Positions 20,397-30,800 of a stretch of 64,000 nt of DNA are shown here, in pieces; the stretch's first letter is position 1, and the number at the start of each line of letters is the position of its first letter. The stretch covers positions 14,035-78,034 of the forward strand of contig CAKQGY010000001.1 in the NCBI GenBank assembly GCA_934234055.1, written 5' to 3'. This DNA comes from an uncultured Alphaproteobacteria bacterium. GTDB lineage: Bacteria; Pseudomonadota; Alphaproteobacteria; CAAHEQ01; UBA3637. Both the position numbers and the translations under genes were made by a program. The notes under the pieces are model-generated. The model did not search any database, was not told the DNA's origin, and saw nothing but the letters and a program-made list of their open reading frames with translations.

Positions 20397-21491
20397 ATGA
20401 AGTATGGTTATTTTCTCAAACGGCTGGCTTTAATTCCGATAACTTTGTTCGGGATTATAGCTCTCAATTTTGCGCTGGTGCAGTTTGTCCCCGGCGGCCC
20501 GGTGGAGCAGATGATGCTGCGTATAGACGGTGCTCCCGGTTCGGCGACGGCGCGTATCAGCGGCAGTGGGGCAGGGGATACGCTTTCCGCTTCTTCCGCG
20601 CGCGACGGTGTTTATCGCGGAGGCCGGGGTCTGCGGGACGAGATTCGCCAAGAGCTGGAACATCGCTTTGGCTTTGACAAGCCTGCCACCACCCGTTTTT
20701 GGGAAATGTTGACCCGCTACCTGCGTTTTGATTTCGGGACCAGTTTTTATCAGGATAAAACCGTCATTCGCCTGATTTTAGAGAAAATGCCCGTTTCCAT
20801 TTCACTCGGCGTGTTCAGCACATTACTCATTTACCTGTTGGCGATTCCTCTCGGCATACGCAAAGCCGTTCGCGCCGGCACGCCTTTTGACCAAGCGACC
20901 AGTTGGGCGCTCACGATCAGTTATGCCGTTCCGTCGTTTTTACTGGCGATTTTTCTGGTGATTATTTTTGCCGGCGGTCGGTATTTACAGTGGTTTCCGC
21001 TCCGGGGTCTTGTTTCCGACAATTGGGACGAGTTAAATTGGTTTGCCAAGATTACCGACTATTTGCATCATTTGGTGCTGCCGGTGTTGGCGCTGGCGAT
21101 CGGCGGGATTGCCGGCCTGGCTTTTTTGACCAAAAACGCCTTTTTGGACGAACTGGGCAAAGCCTATTGCCGCACTGCGGTGGCCAAGGGTTTATCGCGC
21201 CGGCGTATTTTATACGGTCATGTGTTCCGCAATGCCATGCTGATTGTGATTGCGGGATTTCCGGCGATGCTGATCGGTATGCTGTTCACGGGTTCCGTGT
21301 TGATAGAGGTCATTTTTTCACTCGACGGTTTGGGTTTGTTGGGGTTTGAGGCCGTTCAGAATCGCGACTATCCGGTTGTTTTTGGGACGCTTTATTTATT
21401 TGCGCTGCTGGGGCTGGTGCTCAATATATTAAATGATTTTGTGTATACACTGGTGGATCCCCGCATTCATTTTGGCAAGAGGCTCCAATGA
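20397..21491 (+). CDS. yejB: ABC transporter permease, YejB/OppB-type (peptide/microcin C-type importer)
   Basis: 364 aa starting from ATG 20397 (MKYGYFLKRLALIPITLF...). This matches the length and N-terminus of YejB. The tracked start at 20361 is TTG. Confidence 0.8.
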   Translation: MKYGYFLKRLALIPITLFGIIALNFALVQFVPGGPVEQMMLRIDGAPGSATARISGSGAGDTLSASSARDGVYRGGRGLRDEIRQELEHRFGFDKPATTRFWEMLTRYLRFDFGTSFYQDKTVIRLILEKMPVSISLGVFSTLLIYLLAIPLGIRKAVRAGTPFDQATSWALTISYAVPSFLLAIFLVIIFAGGRYLQWFPLRGLVSDNWDELNWFAKITDYLHHLVLPVLALAIGGIAGLAFLTKNAFLDELGKAYCRTAVAKGLSRRRILYGHVFRNAMLIVIAGFPAMLIGMLFTGSVLIEVIFSLDGLGLLGFEAVQNRDYPVVFGTLYLFALLGLVLNILNDFVYTLVDPRIHFGKRLQ

Positions 21492-22513
21492 CCGATCATC
21501 TCATCCGCCGCCGTTGGTCTCGTTTTCGCCAGAACAAGCGCGCCTTATTCGGCCTGATTATTTTCACGACTTTGTTGATGATTGCCTTATTTGCTCCCGT
21601 GATCGCAAACGATCGCCCGATTTATGTGTCATACAAAGGGATGCCCTATTATCCGTTATCCGAGTTTGTGCCCGACTCGGCGCTGGGTGGCACCCTGCCG
21701 ACCGAGGCCGACTACCTGGATCCTTATACGCAACAGCAAATAGAGCAACACGCTTCCGCCATTTGGCCTTTAATTCAGTGGGGTCCCGACAGCATAGATT
21801 ACTATTCCCCGACCCCGTTTCCGGCGCCGCCGTCCGCGCGTCATATTCTGGGCACGGATGATCAGGGCCGCGACATTCTCACCCGCCTGATTTACGGTTT
21901 TCGGCTCAGTTTGTTTTTCGGCCTGACGCTCACGGTGCTATCGGCCAGCTTTGGGATACTTGTCGGTGCGGTTCAGGGGTATTTTGGTGGGCGCACGGAT
22001 CTGTTTATCGGCCGATTATTGGAAATTTGGGGTTCATTGCCCCAGTTATTTATTTTGATTATCGTGTCCAGTTTTATCACGCCCGGCTTTTGGTCGCTGC
22101 TGTTGATTTTGCTGCTGTTCAGTTGGACGGCGCTCAGCGGTGTTGTGCGTGCCGAGTTCTTAAAGACCCGCCAACAGGATTATGTTTTGGCCGCCAAAGT
22201 GCTGGGTGTTTCCGATTGGCGGATTATGAGTCGCCACATTTTGCCCAACGCCCTGGTTGCGACGATTACTTATATGCCGTTTATTTTGGCCGGAGCGATT
22301 GTATCGCTGTCCGCGCTGGATTTTTTGGGTTTGGGTATGCCCGCCGGCACGGCCAGCCTCGGCGATCTCATTCGTCAGGGCAAAGAGAATCTCCAAGCCC
22401 CTTGGATCGGCCTGTCGGCGTTTGTTTCCATGACCGTGATTTTGTCCGTTTTGATTTTTATGGGCGAGGGGGTTCGCGATGCCTTTGACCCGCACAGCAG
22501 GGGGAAAGTATGA
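21488..22513 (+). CDS. yejE: ABC transporter permease, YejE/OppC-type
   Basis: 341 aa with the OppC-like N-terminal extension. It overlaps yejB by 4 nt. Confidence 0.8.
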   Translation: MTDHLIRRRWSRFRQNKRALFGLIIFTTLLMIALFAPVIANDRPIYVSYKGMPYYPLSEFVPDSALGGTLPTEADYLDPYTQQQIEQHASAIWPLIQWGPDSIDYYSPTPFPAPPSARHILGTDDQGRDILTRLIYGFRLSLFFGLTLTVLSASFGILVGAVQGYFGGRTDLFIGRLLEIWGSLPQLFILIIVSSFITPGFWSLLLILLLFSWTALSGVVRAEFLKTRQQDYVLAAKVLGVSDWRIMSRHILPNALVATITYMPFILAGAIVSLSALDFLGLGMPAGTASLGDLIRQGKENLQAPWIGLSAFVSMTVILSVLIFMGEGVRDAFDPHSRGKV

Positions 22514-23994
22514 ATTTACTTGAAATTCGTGATTTAACCGTTCATCTGCCCGGAGCCAATCCCGTGCGCGGTGTTTCTTTGGCTGTGCGTTCGGGCGAGT
22601 TTGTCGGTCTTGTCGGCAGCAGCGGTTCGGGCAAGTCCAGCCTGGCCATGGCGATTTTGCGCCTGCATCCGGCCGCTCGTATCAGTGGCCAGATTTTATT
22701 CTGTCGCCAAGATTTGCTCAAAATGACCGAGTCCGAACTCAACCGCATTCGGGGCAAGCGTATCGCGATGATTTTTCAAGAGCCGATGCTTTCTCTCAAT
22801 CCGTTGCACACGATCGGTGCCCAGATTTTTGAAGTTTTAAAATATCACACCGACTCGGCCACTCGTTCCCGCGTGCTGGATTTATTGCAGTTGGTTGAAT
22901 TGCCCGACGGCGATCGGATTTACGATTCCTACCCGCACGAGCTTTCCGGCGGCCAGCGCCAGCGTGCGATGATTGCCATGGCTTTGGCGGCCAAGCCCGA
23001 TCTGCTCATCGCGGACGAGCCCACCACCGCCCTGGATGTGACGGTTCAGTCCCAGATTCTCCGACTCTTAAAGTCTCTCCAACAAAAACTCGGGCTCAGT
23101 ATTTTGTTCATCACCCATGACCTGGACATTATCCGTGCGTATGCACGGCGTGTTTATGTGATGAAATACGGCCATATTGTGGCGACCAAACTGCCCCCCC
23201 GTCCGACAGTCGAACTCGGCCGCCGCCGAGCGCCCTCTACCCAACCGCCGACGTTGTCTGTCCGCCACCTCAGCGTATTTTACGGTGATATGAATGCCGT
23301 TGACGATGTGTCCTTTGACCTGTATCCGGCGCGCACTTTGGGTCTTGTGGGCGAAAGCGGTTCAGGCAAGTCCACGATTGCCAAGGCTCTTGTCCGTCTG
23401 ATTCCCGCCCAAGGCCAAGCCCTTCTTGACACTTCTGATTTTTTCACACTGTCCGGGCGTGATTTATTGGCTGCCCGCGGCCGCATTCAGATGGTGTTCC
23501 AAGACGCAGCCTCTTCGCTCAACCCGCGCCTTTCTGTCGGTCGCCTGATTGCCGAGGGGTGGCAACTGCACCATACCGGCGATTCGAAACCCTTTGTGGA
23601 CAAAGCGCTCAAAGCCGTCGGCCTCAATCCCGATATGGCCACCCGCTACCCGCACGAGCTTTCCGGTGGCCAGAAAACGCGTGTCGCCCTGGCTCGCGTG
23701 CTGATTTTGCGTCCGGCCGTTGTGATTTTGGACGAGGTCACTTCCTCCCTGGACATTGAAACGCAAAAGCAAATTATGACTTTGCTGTTGGACTTGCAAA
23801 AGGATTACAAGATGTCGTATTTATTTATTTCCCACGATATGCAGGCCGTTCGCCGTATGTCGGACGAGGTCATGATTATGAAACAGGCTCGGATTGTAGA
23901 GCGTGCCCCTGCTGCCACGATTTTCACCAATCCCCGCCACCCGTATACGCGCCAACTCTTGCGCGACAGTTTTATTTTACCCGAAAAGGCTTGA
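22510..23994 (+). CDS. yejF: Fused double ABC ATPase, YejF-type
   Basis: Two nucleotide-binding domains, with Walker A motifs GSSGSGKSS and GESGSGKST and two LSGGQ signatures (LSGGQRQR and LSGGQKTR). Confidence 0.85.
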   Translation: MNLLEIRDLTVHLPGANPVRGVSLAVRSGEFVGLVGSSGSGKSSLAMAILRLHPAARISGQILFCRQDLLKMTESELNRIRGKRIAMIFQEPMLSLNPLHTIGAQIFEVLKYHTDSATRSRVLDLLQLVELPDGDRIYDSYPHELSGGQRQRAMIAMALAAKPDLLIADEPTTALDVTVQSQILRLLKSLQQKLGLSILFITHDLDIIRAYARRVYVMKYGHIVATKLPPRPTVELGRRRAPSTQPPTLSVRHLSVFYGDMNAVDDVSFDLYPARTLGLVGESGSGKSTIAKALVRLIPAQGQALLDTSDFFTLSGRDLLAARGRIQMVFQDAASSLNPRLSVGRLIAEGWQLHHTGDSKPFVDKALKAVGLNPDMATRYPHELSGGQKTRVALARVLILRPAVVILDEVTSSLDIETQKQIMTLLLDLQKDYKMSYLFISHDMQAVRRMSDEVMIMKQARIVERAPAATIFTNPRHPYTRQLLRDSFILPEKA

Positions 23995-24046
23995 CAACCT
24001 CCCGCGATTTCTTTATACTCAACTTATCTGTATGAAAGGAGATTTT

Positions 24047-24394
24047 ATGAGAACAAGCTTTTACATTACCTGTGCCTTGGCGGCTTTAACGCTTTCGGCG
24101 TGCAATTACAACAACTATGATCAAAATTCACCGTATCGGGGCAGCGTCGCGTATCAGCACGCCGATGAGACGGTTGTGCGTCCTAAAAAGACTCAGACCA
24201 TGACGGTCAAGCGTGATTTAACCACGACTTCCGGCGGCACGGTTCACACGCGCACGGTCACCGAGACGATTACGGTTCCTGACGACATTTCGGCCGCGCC
24301 CAAAGTCAAAGAGGCTCAACGTGCGTTAAATGCAGACGATAACTATTACGAAGTCAACATCAACCGCCGCGACACGATAGACATCAAAGACTAA
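24047..24394 (+). CDS. Small lipoprotein of unknown function
   Basis: ATG with an AAAGGAG SD. The signal MRTSFYITCALAALTLSAC carries a lipobox. 115 aa. Confidence 0.55.
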   Translation: MRTSFYITCALAALTLSACNYNNYDQNSPYRGSVAYQHADETVVRPKKTQTMTVKRDLTTTSGGTVHTRTVTETITVPDDISAAPKVKEAQRALNADDNYYEVNINRRDTIDIKD

Positions 24395-24455
24395 CCCCCT
24401 AATTCTTCTTGCCATTGCGAAGGACTGCGCAAGCGAGGACCTGCCTGTGGCCAGG
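24395..24455 (+). repeat. Degenerate copy B of repeat family 1 (ccccctaattcttcttgccattgcgaagg...tgtggccagg)
   Basis: The Py-tract plus a cattgcgaRg core are recognisable. The right flank has diverged. Confidence 0.5.
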
Positions 24456-24610
24456 TGGGGCGCGCAAAGCAATGAACCTTTGCCTTGAACCAGTCCGCTT
24501 CCGCGCACGCCGTTCAAGGCTTAGGTGGAATTGTTTTTTTGCCCGCCCTGTGTCAATCCATAATCAAAGAGTCAACCGTCATTTTACCATCATATAACAC
24601 GGGCAGGGCA

Positions 24611-24716
24611 GGCCGGCACACCTGCGCCGACCCTCACACCATACCACACGGGCCGGCACACCCGCGCCGCCCCTCACACCACACACAACGGGCCGGCACA
24701 CCCGCGCCGGCCCGTT
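24611..24716 (+). repeat. Tandem repeat family 2: 40-bp unit gccggcacaccYgcgccgMccctcacaccaYaccacacgg, 2.7 units
   Basis: Direct tandem units at 24611-24650 and 24651-24690, with a partial third unit ending in the palindrome cgggccggc-N8-gccggcccg. A related copy in the opposite orientation sits at 43317-43380. Confidence 0.8.
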
Positions 24717-24737
24717 GCCAATCCCACTCGGTCCGTT

Positions 24738-25211
24738 TTATCGCGCCTTATAGCCGACCATTTTGTTGCGGATGCGTGTCACACCGTCCAATTCCACCAG
24801 GATCACATGATCCCCGGGTTTCAGACCCAACTCATTGGATTGCACCACCGAGATGACATCACCCGTTCTGTCTTCTTGGACCAGGAATTCAAATGCCGTA
24901 TCGGTCAAGATTTTTTCTTCCGCCACATTGCCCAGAACCGCGCCGGCCACGCCGCCCCCGATCGCCGCCAAGACACTGCCGCGTCCGCCGCCGATTGCCG
25001 ATCCGGCCACAGCGCCCGCTGCCGCGCCGCCGATTGTCCCCAGGCCTGTTTGTTCACCTTTTGTTGTCACAACTTCCATCGCTACGATGGTGCCCGTGCT
25101 GGTCGAGCCGCGCTTTCCGATTTGTCCGCGCGCATAGGTTGTATTCGTATTTCCCGCCCCGCACGCTGCCAAGAACAAGCATACGAAACAGACTGCCAAT
25201 AATTTTTTCAT
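24738..25211 (-). CDS. SlyB-like glycine-zipper outer-membrane lipoprotein (17-kDa-antigen family)
   Basis: Lipobox LAAC. Gly-zipper segment GTIGGAAAGAVAGSAIGGGRGSVLAAIGGGVAGAVLG. Confidence 0.7.
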   Translation of the reverse strand: MKKLLAVCFVCLFLAACGAGNTNTTYARGQIGKRGSTSTGTIVAMEVVTTKGEQTGLGTIGGAAAGAVAGSAIGGGRGSVLAAIGGGVAGAVLGNVAEEKILTDTAFEFLVQEDRTGDVISVVQSNELGLKPGDHVILVELDGVTRIRNKMVGYKAR

Positions 25212-25236
25212 AGAAAACTCCTTTACAATAACAGGG

Positions 25237-25320
25237 TTATCCTAGCACCGATTTTCCCCAAAGTCAACCAAAGCGTTCATTTTTTTATTGCTTTTTTCTC
25301 AAAATCTGCTAGGATAGGGG
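25237..25320 (+). promoter_or_regulatory. Inverted repeat pair (ttatcctagca ... tgctaggataa-like) in the slyB-like / yqaA divergent intergenic region
   Basis: 9-11-bp perfect inverted repeats about 62 bp apart between divergent genes. They are candidate operator half-sites. Confidence 0.3.
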
Positions 25321-25340
25321 TCCTAACAAAGGAACAGTCT

Positions 25341-25940
25341 ATGAAAATACAAAATCTTTGGAACAATTTCACCCGCCGAGTCTATGATTGGACGATGGGT
25401 CTCGCGTCGGGTGAGCGTGCTTTATGGGCGCTGTGCATCGTGTCGTTTGTGGAAAGTTCATTCTTTCCGATTCCGCCTGATTTATTGCTGATTCCGCTGG
25501 TGCTGGCGCGGCGCGACCGAGCGTTTCGGATTGCGTTTTACACCACGGTTTTCAGTGTTCTGGGCGGCTTTTTCGGTTATGCGATCGGCTATTTTGCGTA
25601 TGATGCGATTTTACCTTATCTGCCTGCCGCGTTTGTCAGCAAAGTGGACTGGTTCGCCGGCGAGTATAATACTTACGGTGCCTGGATTGTGTTCGGAGCC
25701 GGTATTACGCCTTTCCCTTACAAGATTATCACGATTGCCAGCGGCGTCACTCACCTGGATTTACTTGTCTTTACGGTGGCCAGCATTTTGGCCCGCGGCC
25801 TGCGCTTCTTCCTGATTGCCGCCTTGCTGTGGCGGTGGGGTGCTCCGATGAAAGCGTGGATCGAGCGCAACCTCGGTTGGCTTTCGGTTTTATTTTTCGT
25901 GCTGCTCGTCGGCGGCTTTTTGGCCTTAAAGTTGTTTTAG
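25341..25940 (+). CDS. DedA/YqaA family membrane protein
   Basis: 199 aa with the SNARE-associated/DedA topology (ESSFFPIPPDLLLIPLV ...). Confidence 0.7.
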   Translation: MKIQNLWNNFTRRVYDWTMGLASGERALWALCIVSFVESSFFPIPPDLLLIPLVLARRDRAFRIAFYTTVFSVLGGFFGYAIGYFAYDAILPYLPAAFVSKVDWFAGEYNTYGAWIVFGAGITPFPYKIITIASGVTHLDLLVFTVASILARGLRFFLIAALLWRWGAPMKAWIERNLGWLSVLFFVLLVGGFLALKLF

Positions 25941-25949
25941 GAGGTATCC

Positions 25950-26810
25950 ATGACTCAAACTCCGCGCCTACCCATGGCGATCTGCTATGATTTTGACGGC
26001 ACTTTGTCGCCCCGTTGTATGCAAGAGTATGGCTTTATCCCCCGGGTTGGCCTGGACCCGGCCGAGTTTTGGCGCCGTTCCAACCAATTCGCGCACCGCA
26101 ACCAAGCCGACCAGATTCTGGGATATATGAGCCTGATGAAGCAGGAATCGGAAAAGCATCATATGCCGTTTTCCAAAAGCGAGCTGCGTACCTATGGCCG
26201 TTCGGTTGAATTATTCGCGGGCCTGGATACCTGGTTCCGCCGGATCAATGCCTATGGCCGCCGCCGTGGCCTGACGGTTGAGCATTACATCATTTCTTCT
26301 GGCCTCCAAGAGATTCTCGCCGGCACTTCCATCGCGCGTTATTTTCGGGCGATTTTTGCGTCGTCATTTATTTTTGATTCTGCCGGCAATGCGATTTGGC
26401 CGGCTCAAGTCGTCAATTACACGAACAAGACTCAATTTCTGTTCCGCATCAACAAAGGCTGTTTGGACATTGGCGACGATCGCCGGATCAACCGCCGTAT
26501 CCCCGAGTCGGAAAAGCATATGCCTTTTTCGCGTATGATATACATCGGCGATGGCGAGACCGATGTGCCTTGTATGCTGACCTTAAAGGGCGACGGCGGG
26601 CATTCCATAGCGGTATACCAACCGGACAAGCCCACCTCGCGTGAGAATGCGCAATTGCTGCTGGACGACCACCGCGCCGATTTTGCAGCGCCTGCCGATT
26701 ACCGTGCCGATCAACCCTTAGAGCGGTATGTCCGTGCCCTGATTGACAAGATTGCTGCCGACGCCTACATTCAAACGCTCAAAAAGAAAACCGTTCTGGA
26801 CATTTCCTGA
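25950..26810 (+). CDS. HAD-superfamily hydrolase
   Basis: Motif I YDFDGTL near the N-terminus and a C-terminal IGDGETD (motif IV). Confidence 0.6.
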   Translation: MTQTPRLPMAICYDFDGTLSPRCMQEYGFIPRVGLDPAEFWRRSNQFAHRNQADQILGYMSLMKQESEKHHMPFSKSELRTYGRSVELFAGLDTWFRRINAYGRRRGLTVEHYIISSGLQEILAGTSIARYFRAIFASSFIFDSAGNAIWPAQVVNYTNKTQFLFRINKGCLDIGDDRRINRRIPESEKHMPFSRMIYIGDGETDVPCMLTLKGDGGHSIAVYQPDKPTSRENAQLLLDDHRADFAAPADYRADQPLERYVRALIDKIAADAYIQTLKKKTVLDIS

Positions 26811-26828
26811 TTTTGAAAGGGGCCCTCT

Positions 26829-27737
26829 ATGATTACCCAACAAGAATTTCTCACCCAAGTCCGCACACAGATTTTCCCATTGATTGATATTCGCGCCGAG
26901 TGGTGCTCCAAGTTGCGTCATCATACGATCATTTTGGGAACATTGGCACTGTATGTGTTTTTAATGTATTGTCTAAATGGTAATCCTGTTATCACTTTGC
27001 TCATTCTTTTAATTCCTTTTGCTGGTTTTTACGCTTTGGATCATTTTTACCGCAAGCAAAAGGCAGTTGTCCGTCCGCTTATTTTTCGGATTTTGGGTGC
27101 CGATACCCGCCCCGAGTATAAGATTACCGGACCTACCGTTGACCAACTCCGCCAAATTCATTTCCTGCCCAAATTAGACGCGCGCCGGATTGACGAAACA
27201 GCGGACGACAGTTTCGGCTTTCCGGGTGATTCGGTTCCCTTTTATGTCCAAGAGGTCCACTTTTCCGAAGGGGACGAAAACTCCGAGCATTTCCGTGGTG
27301 CTCTTGTTCGTTTTCCGTCCGGCACTTATCCCGACTTAAACCTGATGGTGATGAACAAAGCGTCCTTGCTTTATAAAGACCAAATCGCTCTTTCCTCGCG
27401 CAAGGCCCTTCAATCCGTTTTCGGATCGGATGAGTGGCAACCGCTCAATCTGGAAAGTGTCAACTTCACGAAAAAGTATTATTCGTTTACTAACGACCAA
27501 CTGACCGCGCGCCGTATTTTAACGCCGTTGTTTATAGATCGTATTCGCGAGTTGGAAGCGGTTTATAAAGCTCCGGTGAATATTTTATTTTTCCAAGGGT
27601 ATTTATGCCTGATGATTGTCACGAACCGCAATATGTTTGAGTTTTCCGGCTCTTGGAAAGATATGAAGACCTACGAGAAGTTTTACGACGAAATCGCCGC
27701 CCTTTACGACTTCCAACATTTCTTCAACCTTTCTTAA
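26829..27737 (+). CDS. Membrane protein, possibly DUF3137-like
   Basis: 302 aa with two TM helices near the N-terminus and then a soluble domain. The family call is tentative. Confidence 0.45.
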   Translation: MITQQEFLTQVRTQIFPLIDIRAEWCSKLRHHTIILGTLALYVFLMYCLNGNPVITLLILLIPFAGFYALDHFYRKQKAVVRPLIFRILGADTRPEYKITGPTVDQLRQIHFLPKLDARRIDETADDSFGFPGDSVPFYVQEVHFSEGDENSEHFRGALVRFPSGTYPDLNLMVMNKASLLYKDQIALSSRKALQSVFGSDEWQPLNLESVNFTKKYYSFTNDQLTARRILTPLFIDRIRELEAVYKAPVNILFFQGYLCLMIVTNRNMFEFSGSWKDMKTYEKFYDEIAALYDFQHFFNLS

Positions 27738-27756
27738 TTTTATTTACAGCCTCCCC

Positions 27757-27807
27757 GTCATTGCGAGGCGACTTGTCGCCGTGGCAATCCATAAGGCACA
27801 TAATTCC
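27757..27807 (+). repeat. Repeat family 1 copy C (gtcattgcgag-gcgacttgtcgcc-gtggcaatcc-ataaggcacataattcc)
   Basis: Sits between convergent genes. The central hairpin gcgac-ttg-tcgcc is variable. Confidence 0.8.
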
Positions 27808-27816
27808 TTATTTTTC

Positions 27817-30800
27817 CTACCGTGCGCGAGAGAACGACCCGCGCACAGTCCGTCCCGCCGGTTCCACAGTCCCCGCGTCTTCCTCGGTCTCGTCTGCCAA
27901 GCGCGCGTCTACCGCCGCCTGTGTCCCGCTGGCCAGTGGCTCCGACAGGTCAAACCGCGCCGCATGCTGATAGGCTGCCTTGATTTTCGCCAAAGCATCG
28001 GCACTGGCCGCCAACAGCCGCTCCGTTTGCGCCGCATCAGCCCCGGCTCCCACAGTCCCCGCCCCGGTAATCCGAGCCGCCACCTGTTCAATCACCGCAC
28101 GGTTTTGCGCCGCATTTTGAGCCAACCGCGCCAGCACTTCAATATCCGGATTTTCGCCGGCCCATTGTTGCAAAGCCGTCGTCATTTGCGCGGCCTGTTC
28201 GCGATCCGATTGTATTTGCTGTTGCACATTAAAGGCCGTTTCCTGCGTCAAAGCCTGTTCAAACTCTTCCGCTTTCAGCAAAACCAACCGCGCTTGTTCA
28301 ATTTGTTGGATCAGTTGCGCATCGGTGGGTTCTTCGCGGATAGCGGCTTGGTTCACGATGGACAAAGCATCTTTTGCCGATTGATACAGCCGGTTGCCCG
28401 TCTCAAACGGATAGGTTCGCAGTTGCGCTTCCATTTCCGCAACGGCCTCGCGCGCCCGTTTCGTCAGATTTTGCCCTTCAGCCAATCGGTCAGCCCGTTT
28501 TTGTGAGATTGCCAGTTGTGCTTGTTCTTGCTGTTGTTTCAGATTATCGGCCAAAGCGGTCTTACTCCGCCCTGCCAAGACACTGGCCAAGTCCGCATAG
28601 TTCGGCGTATAGACTCCGCGCCCGCGTCCCACCGAGATTCCCAGCACAAACGGGGGCAGGGTATTCAGAGCGTTCATCACCACCGGCACCGATATATCCA
28701 TTGTCCGGCGCGGAATATCCCAAATCACCTGAGTGGGATTACCCGTCACATTGGCGGTTTTTAATGTCAAGTCCATCATGCGCACAACGCCGTCCGCCAC
28801 GACATAGTCGCCTTGGATAGTCTTAATCACGGTTTTCCCGCTGTGCAGCACGCGCTTCATTTCGGGTTCAAAGTCCTGTTGTGTTTCGCTGCGTTGAATG
28901 GCGTGAGTCACAATCGGAATCATTTGATCGGTATCCGCACCGACGATTTGTCCGCCTTGCACGGCCAAAGTTCCTTTCCCGTTCAGGTTTTTGCCCCACA
29001 ACGCCGGCGATACACCTCGTGTTTTCAGGTCTCCCTTCAAGGTCAATTTTCCGCCCCCGATAGCCAAGTCTTTCAACACCATAAAGTCCGCCCGTATCGG
29101 CATATTTTTAATTTCAAACGAGGTCGTCAACGCGGGCTCCGGCGTATTCCAATCGGCTTTTCCCGTGATACGAATCGGCGCATCTTCCCCCGATCCGGCA
29201 TTTGCCACCAACTGCGTCAGGGCCAGTTCTTTGTTTTGCAAAGCCAGCGCCATATCCACATTTTGCAAAGCCATATCGCGATAGAACAGCTGACGTGCTT
29301 TCAAGTGAATATCCCAGATCTGGTTATCCAAGTTCTTAAAAGCGATCGGATTCGTGGACAAGCCGTTGATCGGCGAGTACCAGTTATTATCTGTCGGCAA
29401 AATCCGATCCAGGTTCAACGCCGGTGCGGACACTGTCGCGGTCAAGGTTTTCACTTGCCCGTCATGGAATGAAACCACGCCCGACAGTTGCTGCAACCCG
29501 ATATTTAACGCCATATCTTTGATTTCCCAGTTTTCTCGTGTTCCGGTTATCACACCTTTCAGTTTGAATGTCCCGTCCAGGTTCGGCAACGCCTTATATT
29601 CCGGATTGATCAGGGTCGCCAGGGTCCGGAATTTCGGATAGGCCAAATCCACACGCATGGCCTGCACGGCGGGCTCGGTATCCACGGTATTCAAGGTCCC
29701 CGAGAATTTTGCCGACAAATCGTTCAGTGCGAACTGCCCGTCCAGTTGCCACAGGTTATCCTGTCCGCCTTTCAGGTTCAGCTGCGCCGTTGCGCCTTTT
29801 GCCTGTTGCACCAGCGGCACCGTGCAGGCCAGATTCATCTTATCCAACAAAGTCGGCAGGTTCTTGCTGTCCAGGGTGATTCGCCACCCGTCCACATTCA
29901 TTTGCGGCCGTCCCAAGTCTTTAATCAGGCCTGTCATAGACACATTTGTCCCCGCCAGGTTCAACGCCGTCAGGTTATCCAGTTTCAAGGTATTCCCCAC
30001 CAGGTTTCCCTCCATATGCAGTTTCAGGAACGGTGTGCCGAACACAGTGCCGTTGCGCGCATCCAAGGTTCCCGACACCGCCACGCCTTGCGCCCACGAG
30101 GCCTGCTCCAACCAGGCTTTCACTTTCGCCGGCAAGTCTTCCAGCGCGATTTTTTCGGCCGGCGCCTGCCATTTCGTCAGGGTATCCAGGTTCACATCAT
30201 TCAGGGCCACCCGCACCTGATAGGATTTTTCTTCCCCGCGGTTAAAGGCCACACTGCCCGAGGCTGCCGCCGTCCCCATTTTCAGGTCTTGAATGGTCGT
30301 TGTGATTTTATCGGGCGTCAAGGTCAATCCCCCCACCACCGAGGTTTTGATAGCTGCTGTTTCTTCATCCGCTTCCCGATTTAGCAGCACATTGATCAGG
30401 GTCTTCGGCTTTTGTGTGTTGGCCTGGAATTTCAAGTCCAGCGTCGGTGTTGACGCCATCATTTGCCCGTGCCCGGTCAAGGTTACGGCCGTATCGCCCG
30501 CCAATCCGATTTCGGATTTGTCCAGGGTTAAAATCCCCGCTTCATATTTTCCGGCCAGAGCTGTCTTCCCCAGCGTATACCTTCCGATGACCACTTGGTC
30601 GGCATTGATTTTGAATGCCATATCGGGATAGTCCTCGCTCTTTTCCAACCACGCCCAATTCATCGCTTTGGTATAGGCCGGCCAATCCGTTGCCCGCCAC
30701 AGCCCCGTGTTCAGGGTGATATTATATTGAGTCCGTGTCCCGGCTTTTTGACTGATCGTGCCGGTCAGGGCCGTTTTGGGATTTTCGGGGTCATATGTGA

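Noticed and set aside
24611-24716. CRISPR array, as an explanation for the 40-bp tandem repeats.
   Set aside because: The units are contiguous with no unique spacers, there are no cas genes, and a related copy elsewhere is inverted. I call it a tandem repeat family.
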